Under the pieces are notes generated by a model that ran no database searches, was not told where the DNA came from, and saw only the letters and a program-made list of their open reading frames with translations. 64,000 nucleotides of DNA from contig OZ024741.1 in assembly GCA_964016885.1 (NCBI GenBank), positions 3,968,001 to 4,032,000 of the forward strand. Direction: 5' to 3'. Shown piece by piece: positions 40,214-52,391 of this stretch (the first letter of the stretch is position 1; each line of letters begins with the position of its first letter). A program made the translations under genes and the position numbers. This stretch comes from Eledone cirrhosa (taxonomy: Eukaryota).

Positions 40214-40847
40214 GAAGTGTTACAGGAATAAAGAGAATGTTGTTGTGGCAGTTGTTCTGGTTCCATGTTGGTACACTGCCTTGTAGAGATGTGTATATAG
40301 GGGAGGGAGAGGGGTGATGTGGTGGGGGACGGAGGAAGAGGAGGGGAGGGGTGGTGGGAGGGAGGATGTGGAGGGGTGGGGCGGTGGGTGGTGGGAGGGA
40401 TGAAGAGGAGGGGAGGGGCGGTGGGGTGGGGTGCGGTGGGAAGGACACAAAGATGGTTTTATATTTCACCATATAATACATTAGGTAATACATGGTGATG
40501 GTGGTGGTGGTGGTGGTGGTGGTGGTGGTGGTGGTGGTGTTAAGGGTGGTGGTAGTTGTGGTGGTGGTGTTGAAGATGTATTCTCTCCATTGTCTCAATC
40601 ATTTCATTTACCTTATATGTATTCTTCCCACATAAGTGAACAGCCCCGGGTTGCTGGTTAGCTTAGATATAGGCAGACCTTTTCTAGGTCCCTCCTGGCT
40701 AGCAAGTGAGCAGTTATGCCTGGAAATGGCTGCTCAGTCACCTAGGGTACTGATGAGACCTACCAATGCCTATGTTTGGCCACAACCAATATCTCAAGTC
40801 ACCAACATGTGGCTTCGCTACTATTTCCAACTTATTAACCCTTTGAA

Positions 40848-40936
40848 GGCGTGTGGCTGAGTGGTTAGAGAATTCGATTCCCAGACCGAGCGATGCGTTA
40901 TGTCTTTCAGCAACACATTTTATTTTACGTTGCTCC
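40848..40936 (+). mobile_element. tRNA-derived SINE relic
   Basis: Box A-like tggctgagtggttag, box B-like gaattcgattccc, then a cagcaacacattttattttacgttgctcc core. Confidence 0.5.
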
Positions 40937-41292
40937 TTCTACCTGGAGTTGCGACCGATAGATAGTATTAGCAATTGGAAAGACCAATGGAAACATTGTT
41001 TCCTCGGTCCGATTTGACGGAAGTCGGTCGTTCCTTTTTTAACCCTGGCACATCACAGCTCTCCCCAGCACCGCAGTGCTTTTCAGTGAAATGTCGTCTG
41101 CAATTAATTCAGAGTCTAAGAAGTTCCTGTGAGTTAATTCAATTGTAGTGGTCGTGGCTTGCAGAGAAACACGTCCACCTTTCAAACAAAACTAACAGGA
41201 AAAGCAGATGACCCAACATAGGTCAGGGCGACCAGTAACTGATTCATCATCAGGTTCCCCCCCCCCCCCCCCCCCCTAATAAACTTTTGGAT

Positions 41293-41480
41293 AGCCGTTG
41301 TCTCTTATGAGTTCCTCCGCCCTTTGATGGGTTTCGGTTTTCCTCCATCAGGATGTCCCAAAAGCCACCTCATTCTCCAAGCTAGCTTGGTGGGGTTGTC
41401 AGGTTAGTCGCCGACAACCTGACCATGTGACATAGTATGCTGGTTACATGTTACCAGTATCACACGAGAGCAACCTAGCA
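41293..41480 (-). mobile_element. Interspersed repeat, RTE 5'-end-like (third copy)
   Basis: Homologous to 13465-13648 and 17216-17405. Confidence 0.65.
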
Positions 41481-42371
41481 CATACATACATACATATAGA
41501 TAGTCAGACAGACAGATAGAAAAACAGACAGACAGATAGAGAAAGAGAGGTGCATGCGTATTTACTCTCTATACATGCGGATTACAATACATATATAGTG
41601 ACATGTATATATATATATATATATATATATAGCGGCGATGAATTAGTTTTGCGAGGTTTTTTTATATGAAATCGTGTGTCGAAACAAATATTGTTATACT
41701 TGGGGAGGGTCATATTTGTGTAATATTGCCAGAATTAATAACAGAACACACTCACTGTATGTTTGGTTTTCGCTTCTCGCTTCTGTGTCTTTTATATCGG
41801 TAATCTAACTTACTCGGTCCTCAATGTTGCCATTGACTGACCGACGGTCAAAAATAATACAGATACAATATAGACACAAACACATATATATAGTTTATCA
41901 TAAATCTTTCGTTGCACATCTGCAACATCGTCAGTGGTGCTATATTTTCCTCCTGTTGTATTGTATGTCTACGCCATTTTTATTCAGTCTGTCTATATAT
42001 TTATTTATTTATTTGCTTATTTGTTTATTTTATTTTGTCTTCTTTGCGCATGCGTTTGCGTGTGTGTATAGTGTTTTGTTTGCTGTGTGATGGGTGACTA
42101 GTGTGTGTTTATGTGCTTGTTGTTATTGTGCTTGTGTATGTATGTATTTATTTATTTATTTATTTTATTTTATTTACTTATTTATACTTCTCTTAGATCA
42201 GTGTTGTTTGTTTGGGTGTTGTTGCTATTCCATTCATTCTTTCTGTTTAGTCTTGGTCTTCTAATTTCTATTTCACTGGCCTCTCTGATTTGCCTATCTG
42301 CTGGGTCATTTCTATGTTTAGATATTATTCTAATTTCAATGTTGTATATGTTACCGTCATGTTGTTGTCTA

Positions 42372-43477
42372 ACAAGTTTGATTTAGAACGTAGCACGATG
42401 AAAAGCATCCAGCAGATAGCTAATTCCATACACCAGAGTATAACTGTAACTATCGACTTCCCTTCCAAACACCTTAACAATAGACTACCTGTATTAGACA
42501 CAGAACTCTGGATTAACACTATAGACGAGAGAGCCCAAATTCTCCACTCACACTATGCTAAACCCATGGCCTCCAAATACCTGATACTCAAAAACTCAGC
42601 AATGTCCAGTAGTGCTAAGTTTAATATTCTGATCGCAGATTTGGTACGAGTGATGAAGAATGTGTCCCGCATGTGCGACCCAACATAAATGGAAAGACAC
42701 ATCCAACACTTCATCAACCGCATGCAGTTCTCTGGCTACAACCAAAGAGACAGAGTCAGAGTATGCGAAGGAGCCATGGAGAAGTATAAGACCCTCATAG
42801 AACTGGACATGAAAGGAATTTGCCCATTATACAGGAGCAAATCATGGAATAGCTTAGATAGGGCTAGACATAAGATAGGGAAAGCCACCTCATGGTACGA
42901 CAACCAGAGATACCAGAGTGTCATGTTTGTGGACGCTACCCCTGGAGGGAAATTAGCTAACCAGTGTAGAAAGGCCCTGAGAAAGACCCACTTAAAAATA
43001 AAGGTGGTAGAAAAGCCAGGAACCACCATAAAATCCCTGATCAGCAAAACCTACCCTTTTAAGAAAACCCACTGTACCAATAGGAAATGTATCATATGTA
43101 AGGTGAACCCCCGGATAAACTGTAAAACTAGAAACGCAGTCTATAGCATAAGATGTACAGAGGGTACTTGTAGAAACATGACAACAACATACATAGGTGA
43201 GACAGCTCGTAGCATAGGTGAAAGGTTAGATCAACACTGGGGGGAACTAAAAGGACGAAAAAACGGGTCAGTACTATACGAACATGCTAGACAACAACAT
43301 GACGGTAACATAGACAACATAGAAATTAGAATAATATCTAAACATAGAAATGACCCAGCAGATAGGCAAATCAGAGAGGCCAGTGAAATAGAAATTAGAA
43401 GACCAAGACTAAACAGAAAGAATGAATGGAATAGCAACAACACCCAAACAAACAACACTGACCTAAGAGAAGTATAA
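42372..43477 (+). pseudogene. PLE RT C-terminus/thumb plus GIY-YIG endonuclease, one in-frame stop at 42686-42688
   Basis: LPVLDTEL, HYAKPM, MQFSGY, VMFVDATPGG, CTNRKCIIC, AVYSIRC..C..YIGETARSIGERLDQH, RQIREA, LNRKNEW. Confidence 0.88.
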
Positions 43478-43708
43478 ATAAGTAAATAAAATAAAATAAA
43501 TAAATAAATAAATACATACACAATCACAATAACAACAAGCACATAAACACACACTAGTCACCCATCACACAGCAAACAAAACACTATACACACACGCAAA
43601 CGCATGCGCAAAGAAGACAAAATAAAATAAACAAACAAGCAAATAAATATATAGACAGACTGAATAAAAATGGCGTAGACATACAATACAACAGGAGGAA
43701 AATATAAC

Positions 43709-43750
43709 ACCACTGACGATGTTGCAGATGTGCAACGAAAGATTTATGAT
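43709..43750 (+). ncRNA. Type I hammerhead, slightly degenerate (mirror at 41897-41938, minus strand)
   Basis: CUGACGA-uGUUGCA GAUG UGCAAC-GAAA-GAUU-U-A; 6-bp stem II; stem I ACCA/UGAU with one mismatch. Confidence 0.7.
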
Positions 43751-43950
43751 AAACTATATATATGTGTTTGTGTCTATATTGTATCTGTATTATTTTTGAC
43801 CGTCGGTCAGTCAATGGCAACATTGTGACCGGGTAAGTTAGATTACCGATATAAAAGACACAGAAGCGAGAAGCGAAAACCAACCAAACAGTGAGTGTGT
43901 TCTGTTATTAATTCTGGCAATATTACACAAATATGACCCTCCCCAAGTAT

Positions 43951-43996
<46 letters not shown>

Positions 43997-44049
43997 AAAG
44001 CTTCTACAGGACTAGAACTGTTTCGTTCGGGAGAAATCATCAGGGCTTC

Positions 44050-44345
44050 CTTATGACACCTGATAAAAACAATGCCAATCTCCAACTCACAATCTACAAC
44101 CAGCAAATTGCTCAAGTTAGGGAGTTTGTATATCTCTGTCACAGGCGATCATCAAACAACAATGGAATGGTTGTGCAGTATCGCATCTTTCTGGGTTGGG
44201 CAGCTTTCAACAAGAACAAGGAAGTACTAACATCAAAACGAGTTTCTTATCATTTGAAGGCTAAGATCTTCAATACTTACATCTTACCAGTTGTGTTATA
44301 TGGTCTTGACTGTGTTAATTGGACGACAAGGTCACTTCAGAATTT
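44050..44345 (+). pseudogene. RTE LINE ORF2 fragment (thumb region)
   Basis: IAQVREFVYL, GWAAFNK, LKAKIFNTYILPVVLYG. Confidence 0.75.
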
Positions 44346-44880
44346 TACATTTGTATCAGAACTACTGAGAAGTAAACATGAGAAAAGAGTTTAAATAAAC
44401 GAAGATACATATATGTCGTCTGCCTCATCGCAACTATATTGCGCCACTTTGATTTATATTCTGTAAAACAAGATTTATTATTTTAAATTATTCAATTCTT
44501 TTTTATATAGCTGTCTTTCTTTCATTTATTGTAGATTCTTCAAAAATATTTCAAACATTTAAGAAAATTATCGAATGAAAAACAAAAAACAAAAATAAAT
44601 ATAAAAATAAAAACTCCGGAATATATTTGATGGAAATTGGATGGAGATTAAATTTTGAAAGTCCCTTACAATATGTAAAATAAGGACATCACAAATAAAT
44701 CGTCTTTTACAGACATTTTAGATATTAAACAGTGTTGTTGTTGTTGTTGTTAAAACTGTATGGATTTGATATTGAAGAAAAACAGGATTTATATTGAAAT
44801 TTTGTTTTATTAATTGTTCGTGTTAATTAAAGGGAAGAGTTTCAACATATATTTCCCAATCAGTTAAAAGGAAAGTATCA

Positions 44881-45657
44881 TCAATTGGAGGGTTCGTCTT
44901 CGAATGATACAAGAAGTGTGTCTGGATTGAGACCTGGCTTTGAACAAATCGTAGCTGTGAGGTCATCTCGGTTATTCTCGTCGTTTGATAGCGAGACTAA
45001 AACCATATCTGAGTCTGGAGTGTCATTTTTAGAAACAAGCGAATCTTGTGTAAGATCTTCGGAAATGGAAATGATAGCCGGTTCTGAATTGTCCGAAGAA
45101 TCTTTAGAAGCTATCTCAATATCAGGTTTATCTTCATTTGAAATGGGAACTAAATTGGTTTCGGAATTCAAGTTTATATCCGTAACAGGATTCTGGTCGG
45201 AATTGTCAGGTGACATCATATTTTTGTTTGTGGAATTTTTATCAGATGCAACTTTATTTTCTTCAGAATCTTCAGGACTTTGGCAAACATCCGTAGTTTT
45301 CGAACTGTCTGTTTCATCATCGAATCCTAAATTGTCTTGTCCCGGCACAGATAAAGGATTTCTTTCTTTGACAACAAGGGAAGGAGGGGGACGAGAAGAA
45401 GGTACAATATTAAGTTCGACGGAATTCGTGCTTTTAACGTAAAGTGGATTGGTGAAGTTTTGGAATTCTTTTCCAAGAATCATTCTCACTGGATATTTCT
45501 TCCTGTACCAAATGTAGATACTTATTCCAATAACCAACAGAATGAGAACAGGAACTGTGATGCCTGCAGCGATGTCACCTACATTGGTGGAGTGTGTAGA
45601 CACAGTTAAGTTCTTCCTCCCATCATAGGCGTTAAATTCTCTTTCAGATTTGGCAGT
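44881..45657 (-). CDS. Host gene last coding exon: TM helix and cytoplasmic tail with NPxY
   Basis: Acceptor ttttattacag|ACT at 45657, phase 0, matching the upstream donor. TM IAAGITVPVLILLVIGISIYIWY followed by RKK; FTNPLY; acidic Ser-rich tail; TGA at 44883-44881. Confidence 0.9.
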   Translation of the reverse strand, partial: TAKSEREFNAYDGRKNLTVSTHSTNVGDIAAGITVPVLILLVIGISIYIWYRKKYPVRMILGKEFQNFTNPLYVKSTNSVELNIVPSSRPPPSLVVKERNPLSVPGQDNLGFDDETDSSKTTDVCQSPEDSEENKVASDKNSTNKNMMSPDNSDQNPVTDINLNSETNLVPISNEDKPDIEIASKDSSDNSEPAIISISEDLTQDSLVSKNDTPDSDMVLVSLSNDENNRDDLTATICSKPGLNPDTLLVSFEDEPSN

Positions 45658-46119
45658 CTGTAATAAAACATTGATTTATTTTAATATTAATAATTTATTT
45701 AATAATAATAATTTATTTTAATAATAATAATTTTGTTCCCTCCCACATCATGGATGCCGCGATAAATGTGGGGGCCACTGCTTCCGTTGGGGAACGGAAT
45801 AAAATCCGAGGGTGCTTGGCTGTTTCAGCACCTTAGCCTGGCCATCACCCGTGGTAATGCTGCCAGTGTGTTGGCTTACCTCAAAATATTCCGTTGACCC
45901 TTGTGATGTGATGTGGACCGATAGATAATTATATTTATTATATATGTTTATATTTGTGAGGTTCATAGTTTTTAATTCTGAAAGAATTGTGAGCGATCTG
46001 TGATGTTATTTATATATTTAAAACAAATAAATTCCTTTATAAAGATTTTTTAAATCCATTTTTTTGTTTGTTTATTATGTAACATTTAATCCACATCTTT
46101 TTGGCCCCACCTAAACAAC

Positions 46120-46246
46120 TATCTCGCAGTCATTACTGGACCAACGGGGAAATGAAGGGCATTGCTTAAGGACACAATGTGCTTCCCGGTCCAGGGATTG
46201 ACTCCACAACCTTACAATGGTGAGACTATCACCATAACCATTAGGT
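46120..46246 (-). mobile_element. tRNA-derived SINE relic in intron
   Basis: Minus strand reads cctaatggttatggtg..gagtcaatccctggacc..tgtgtccttaagcaatgccct, i.e. a degenerate A/B-box head plus SINE core. Confidence 0.45.
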
Positions 46247-46379
46247 TGTCTAACTTCATAGTAATTATAAGGGTTCCCAATTGTGAAGAGTTTAGTGATT
46301 AGGACACTTTATTTCACATTGTCCCAGTCCACCCAACCGGTACCAAGTTGTATCAGCCTTTGTCTCTTGGACAACATCA

Positions 46380-47905
46380 GTGACATAGAGAAGGTGACAT
46401 AGGAAAGGTGACATAGAGAGGGTAACATAGAGAAGGTGACATAGAGAGGGTGATATAGAGAAGGTGACATAGAGAGGGTGATATAGAGAAGGTGACATAG
46501 AGAGGGTGATATAGAGAGATGACATAAAGAAGGTGACATAGAGAGGGTGACATAGGGAGGGTGACATAGAGAGGGTGACATAGGGAGGATGACATAGGGA
46601 GGGTGACATAGGGAGGGTGACATAGAGAGAGTGACATAGAGAGGGGGACATAGGGAGGGTGACATAGAGAGGGTGACATAGAGAGGGTGACATAGGGAGG
46701 ATGACATAGAGAGGGTGACATAGGGAGGGTGATATACAGAGAGTGACATAAAGAGGGTGACATAGGGAGGGTGACATAGAGAGGGTGACATAGAGAGGGT
46801 GACATAAAGAGGGGGACATAGGGAGGGTGACATAGAGAGGGTGACATAAAGAAGGTGACATAGAGAGGGGGACATAGGGAGGGTGACATAGAGAGGGTGA
46901 CATAGAGAGGGTAACATAGGGAGGGTGACATAGAGAAGGTGACATAGGGAGGGTGACATAGGGAGGGTGACATAGAGAGGGTGACATAGGGAGGGTGACA
47001 TAGAGAGGGTGGCATAGAGAGGGTGACATAGAGAGGGTGACATAGAGAGGGTGAAATAGGGAGGGGGAATTAGGGAGGGTGACGTAGAGAGGTGACATAG
47101 AGAGGGTGACATAGGGAGAGTGACATAGGGAGGGGGACATAGGGTGGGTGACATAGAGAGGGTATAGGGAGGGTGACATAGAGACGGGGGCATAGGGAGG
47201 GTGACAAAGAGAGGGTGACATAGGGAGAGTGACATAGGGAGGGTGACATAGGGAGGGTGGCATAGGAAGGGTGACATAGAGAGGCTGACATAGGGAGGGG
47301 GCATAGGGAGGGTGACATAGGGAGGGTGACATAGAGACGGGAACATAGGGAGGGTGACATAGGGAGGGTGACATAGGGACGGGAACATAGGGAGGGTGAC
47401 ATAGGGAGGGTGACATAGGGACGGTGACATGTGGAGGGGGAATTAGGGATGGTGACAATGGGAGGGTGACATAGAGAGGGTGATACAGGGAGGGTGACAT
47501 AGGGAGGGTGACATACGGAGGGTGACATACGGAGGGTGACATAGGGAGGGTGACATACGGAGGGTGACATAGAGAGGGTGACATAGAGAGGGTGACATAG
47601 AGACGGGGACATAGGGAGGGTGACATAGAGAGGGTGACATAGAGATGGGGACATAGGGAGGGTGATATAGGGAGGGTGACATAGAGAGGGTGACATAGAG
47701 AGGGTGACATATGGAGGGGGACATAGGGAGAGTGACATAGAGAGGGTGACATAGAGAGGCTGACATAGAGAGGCTGACATAGAGACGGGGACATAGGGAG
47801 GGTGACATAGAGAGGGTGACATATAGATGGGGACATAGGGAGGGTGACATAGGGAGGGTGACATAGAGACGGGGACATAGGGAGGGTGACATAGGGAGGG
47901 TGTAT
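46380..47905. repeat. 14-bp G-rich minisatellite (GGGTGACATAGRGA), ~108 copies, intronic
   Basis: Direct inspection; the 14-aa periodicity of the spurious ORFs equals 3x14 nt. Confidence 0.97.
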
Positions 47906-48157
47906 AGGAGACTGTTGCTCTTCGACAAATACCTTTTCCCGGCTTGCACCTTAAAGAGGAACTTTCCAAGTACAAACTGATGGCCAGTCATGAGTGAAGT
48001 GTAGTTTAGTCTCTAATTAGTCTTGTGAGTGAAGAGTAGCTTAGACCCTAATTAGTGTCATGTGTGAATTGTACATTAGACCTTTGTTAGCCCCTAGTTA
48101 CACCCTAGTTAATCCCTAATTAGCCTCTAATTAATTCAATCAAAATAATTAACTCAC

Positions 48158-50947
48158 CGATGTGATTACTTTTGTTTCTTGTGAACTTCCAGAAATTCTT
48201 GGTTTCGTTGTTGTATATAGCGACCATATTGGTCTAGTGCTATTGTTGTTGTTGGTGGTGGTGGTGCTGGTTGTGGTGGTGGTGGTGTTGTTGTTGTTGT
48301 TGTAGTTGTACTTGTCAATGGTGGTGTTCGAGTCAGTGGTATTTGTGGCTGTGGATTTGGTAGCGGTGCTAGGGACAATGGTATTGGGGGTGGTATTAGT
48401 TGCAGTGTTATTGATCGTGCTGGTAGTAGTACTGGTGGTGATGGTGTTGTTTATGGTAGGAACAGTGGTGGTGGTGGTGGTGGTGGTGGTGGTGTCAGTG
48501 ACGATGGTAGTGTCGGTGGTGTTGGTGGTGTTGGTGGTGTCGGTGGTGTTGGTGGTGTCAGTGATGATGGTGGTGTTGGAGGCAATTGGGTTGTTAGTAG
48601 TGATGGTAGTGGTGTTGATGGCGTTGGAAGAAGTATTGCTGATAATGGTGATGTCGGTGGTGATAGTGATAGTGATGGTAGCAATGGTGGTGTTGGTTGC
48701 TATGGTAGTGTTGGTTGCTATGGTAGTATGGTTGCTTTCGTCCTCGGGTTCAATATTTGACTCATTTACGTTCTGCGTTAGATACGTAACATCGAATCCT
48801 TTATACGTAACTCCGGGTAACAGAACCGGTCCGTGATAATACAGTTTGGTCAGGTGACAATTACTGATAACCATTTCCGATTCCAGAGTATTATTGGAGA
48901 ATTCTTTGAGTAAGATCTCGCTGCCATTTGAACAAACCTCAATAATACGTAGAAATATTGGACTGGTTGATTTGATGGGGAAATGGTAATATAGAAGAGT
49001 GAGGTTTGTATAAGTCCAGGGGATGGAATTGTTAATAATCCACGTACAATTTTGGTTCTGGCTAATTGTACCATTTATATATTTGGGGCTGGTTATGCTC
49101 CCAGATTTAGAGCGCCTAGTTTTATTGTCGTCTGAACAAGAAGGAACACACGAAGGGGTCGCAGAGGACCATTCTAGGGATTTAGAGACGTTGTTCCAAC
49201 TGCAAAATGCTTTCGTTTCTCCTACAATCGTATATCCCGGGTTACAGGAAAATTTGACGATGGAACTTTCATTTAATCTATCTACACTAGCTTCCCCGTC
49301 TTTTATTGTCGGAGAGGCGCAGGTTGTTTGGGGCTCGATACTACGAAACTTTAGCGTTAAGTTTGCGGATTCTATCAGGAATTTAGCGCTAATATTGATT
49401 TGAACAAGGACAACATGGGATAATGTGGTGAAATTGTAGCTGCCTGTGGAATTAGAATGGTCGAACGAATAATTCCAGGTTCGGTTAAAGTCTTGTATTG
49501 TTAGCAACAAACTTCTGTTGTGGATTTCGTTAAATTCGATAGAAACTTGATAGGGATTTTTGTCGTAGTTAATGATTTCCCAAGAGCAGTTCGTTCCACC
49601 AATGATAGTTAATGAATTTAACTCGGCTGTGGAAAATGACCAATGTGTAAGATTTAAGGGGTTACCACACTGACATGTAGGTGATGGATGTGTCCAGTAG
49701 AGAGAACCGTTTTTTAACATCTCACACCGAGTTTTATTGTCACCTATTAATGTATGGTGCGCAGGACAGAAAAATCTGACCTCTGACCCTGGGGAATTAT
49801 CAACTACGGACATAAAACCATGTCGCGGTGGATTTAAGGGGTCACATAGTTTCGTTTCCTTTTTACTCGAATAACTAAAAAACAACAATGTGCCGTTTCG
49901 GTTATCATTCAATAAATGATAAATAAAGGAAACTTTATTGGTTCTGAATTCTAATATTCTGGAAATTAGGCCGCCTGTAAGATTGAAAGATTCTTTCAAA
50001 AATCCCCCTGATATCTCAACAAAAGAAATGAGATTGTTTTCATAGAATCTAACTTCTAAAGATGTAGCTTCGGTTACATCAATGGTGAAATTACAAACAG
50101 ACGTGTTATATTTATTGATATCTAATGATACATTTGCCGTAGAATCGGTGAAGATAAGATTACAGTTCAAATATGAAGTGTTGTTGTCTTCTGAATTGGT
50201 CTTATTTGTTTCTGTCATATGTGTAGTCGTTGAATTGAGCCACGGATCGGAAGAATTACTTAATGAAATATTGTCGTTAGGTGAGACCATAAGATGACAA
50301 CCTACAAATGAACCATTCCATGTGGCAATACCGTCTTTATTCTTAAGACAAATAACAGATTCAGGGGGTCGAATCGATTGATAACCTTTATCACATGTGA
50401 TATTTAAAATTGATCCGAGAGAAAAGTTCCGTGTGTTTACATTGCCATTGGTCAAGTTGGTCGGGAGCTGACATTGATCGACAGAATAAAGCTGATAAAT
50501 TATCCTCGTCAGAGACTGTCTGTTAATATCTTCTAAAGAATTGTTACTTTGAAGAACCTGAAACCAAATTTCACTTCGATTGGTCAAGATATGTTTTGTG
50601 AAATTGTTGTCCTTTAAATCGATACGGTTGATTAATTGAGAATTTGTGGCATTTAAAGGATTTCGGTCGTACATAAGAAACGATATTGTATCATCAACAT
50701 AGAGCGAGTGATTGGTGATTGTAGTTTTGTCTGTGAACACGAAAGATATGTTTAATCGAAATTCTTCACTTGTAGATACCCTCCATACACAACCAGTGGA
50801 CGAGGTGACTAATGTCACCTCGGCCATTTCATTAATGTCCAGGTAAATATTTTGTTCATCGCAGAGGCTGTAATTGCCGGCAGAAAGGGTTAAAATACTT
50901 CCAAGAATGAACCATTTTATATAGGAAGTAGGCGAAAGGAATTCCAT
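48158..50947 (-). CDS. Host gene large exon: signal peptide, alternating CUB and sushi/CCP domains, Thr-rich mucin stalk (SEZ6/CSMD-like type I membrane protein, ~1188 aa spliced)
   Basis: Acceptor tttacag| at 50952, ATG at 50947, donor TCG|gtgagt at 48158 (930 codons, phase 0). Three sushi domains (CQLP..GSILNITCDKGY..C..W..C; CDPL..GSEVRFFCPAHHTLIG..C..W..PTC; CASP..FSCNPGYTIVG..C..WSSATPSC) and CUB motifs (CVWRV, CNFTI, NCSWEI, SGSITSPKY..NCTWII..GF). Confidence 0.9.
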
Positions 50948-51012
50948 TGTTTCTGTAAATAATAATAATAATAATGATTTCTTTATTGGCCACAATAATA
51001 ATAATAATAATG

Positions 51013-51052
<40 letters not shown>

Positions 51053-51056
<4 letters not shown>

Positions 51057-52337
51057 GCTGATGACATCAAGAACAAAAAAATGAAGGAATTGATAAGAAC
51101 TGAATACCTTCGGAGAGTAAGGAGCGTATTAAAGTCACATCTGAACAGTAGGAATACCATAAGTGCAGTAAATTCCCGAGCTGTGTCTATTATTAGGTAC
51201 AGTGCGGGAATTCTGAGATGGAATGTTGCTGAACAAAAAGAAATGGATAGGAAGACTAGGAAGCTATTGACTATCTACAATATGTTCCACAAGAGGAGTG
51301 ATGTCGATAGACTCTACTTAAGAAGATCTGAGGGTGGAAGAGGTCTTATCAGCATAGAGGACTGTGTTCAGACGGAGAAAAACAACCTACACAAATACGT
51401 GACTGATAGTAAGGAGCCAATGCTCAGAACTGTACTGAAGGAGGGGACAATAGGCCAGGGGATGTCCAAGGAGGAAATAACATCAAGGAGAAAGAGCAGC
51501 CTTCAGGAAAAATCCCTTCATAGTACCTTCTTTGAGAAAACTGAATTTAGAGATCCACAGACATGGAACTGGTTGAAAAGAGGAGACCTTAAAAAGGCTA
51601 CAGAAGGAATGTTAATGGCTGCGCAGGAGCAGGCCCTCAAAACGAAGTGGTTGAAACACCACATTTACAAGGAGGAGGCTAGCCCACTGTGCAGGATCTG
51701 TGGAGAGAGAGAGGAGACTGTGGCTCACATTGTATCCGAGTGTAAACACCTAGCCCAGACTCACTATAAGGGCTGGAGACATGATGTGATGGGCAGGGTG
51801 ATCCACTGGCACCTATGCAAAGTAAACAATTTACCACATTCTGAGAAGTGGTATGAGCATAAGCCAGAGGCGGTGATAGAAAACGATCAGGTGAAGGTGC
51901 TGTGGGATTTTAGGATACAGACGGACAAGAAAATGGAACACAATAGACCTGACCTGGTGGTTGTGGACAAAGAAAAAAGATCGTGCCTGATTATGGATGT
52001 GGCCTGCCCATTCGACACGAGAGTGCAAGAGAAGGAGAGGGAGAAAATTAACCGATATCAGGACTTAAAGTGGGAGGTAAAAAGGATTTGGAACTGGCAT
52101 GAAGTCAAAGTGATCCCGATTGTCATAGGCGCACTAGGGACTATCTCAAAAAGTTTCCAGGGATGGTTAAAGAAAATTGGCCCCTTCACGCTTTTTGGAA
52201 CGCTCCGAAAGGCATGCTTGCTGGGAACAACAAGAACCCTCCGATACGTCCTGAATATCTGAGGCTGCAGGTAGTGGCTTGACATGCATTTCAACAAACT
52301 TTCCAGTTAACTCACATCAATGACTGAGACTCAAAGA

Positions 52338-52338
<1 letters not shown>
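51053..52338 (+). mobile_element. R4/Dong-clade LINE, 5'-truncated, inserted in (TAA)n
   Basis: ORF 51081-52262: DRLYLRRSEGGRGL, AAQEQAL, CRIC..ETVAHIVSEC, RHD, restriction-like endonuclease LWDF..NRPDLVV..DVACP..EKINRY, PIVIGALG; (TAA)n on both sides. Confidence 0.92.

Positions 52339-52390
<52 letters not shown>

Positions 52391-52391
<1 letters not shown>

Larger units (their letters stand above)
41631..43958. mobile_element. Penelope-like element (second family) with an inverted copy of its 3' end joined to its 5' end; flanked by (TA)n
   Basis: ~41688-42371 is the reverse complement of ~43288-43958; the sense copy 42372-43958 encodes the RT C-terminus, thumb and GIY-YIG. Confidence 0.92.

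Noticed and set aside
39150-40286. Poly-Leu, poly-Gln and poly-Thr ORFs
   Set aside because: (GTT)n microsatellite translation.
38810-41250. Unique-looking islands (38810-38950, 40960-41250) as possible exons
   Set aside because: No recognisable protein motif or convincing splice pair.
46292-47991. 300-528 aa MSPSLCHPPYVTL repeat ORFs
   Set aside because: Stop-free 14-bp minisatellite open in all three minus frames, inside an intron whose flanking exons join in phase.
50948-51160. First 71 aa of the 1003-aa ORF
   Set aside because: Derived mostly from antisense Dong sequence and (TTA)n; the real exon starts at the acceptor at 50952.
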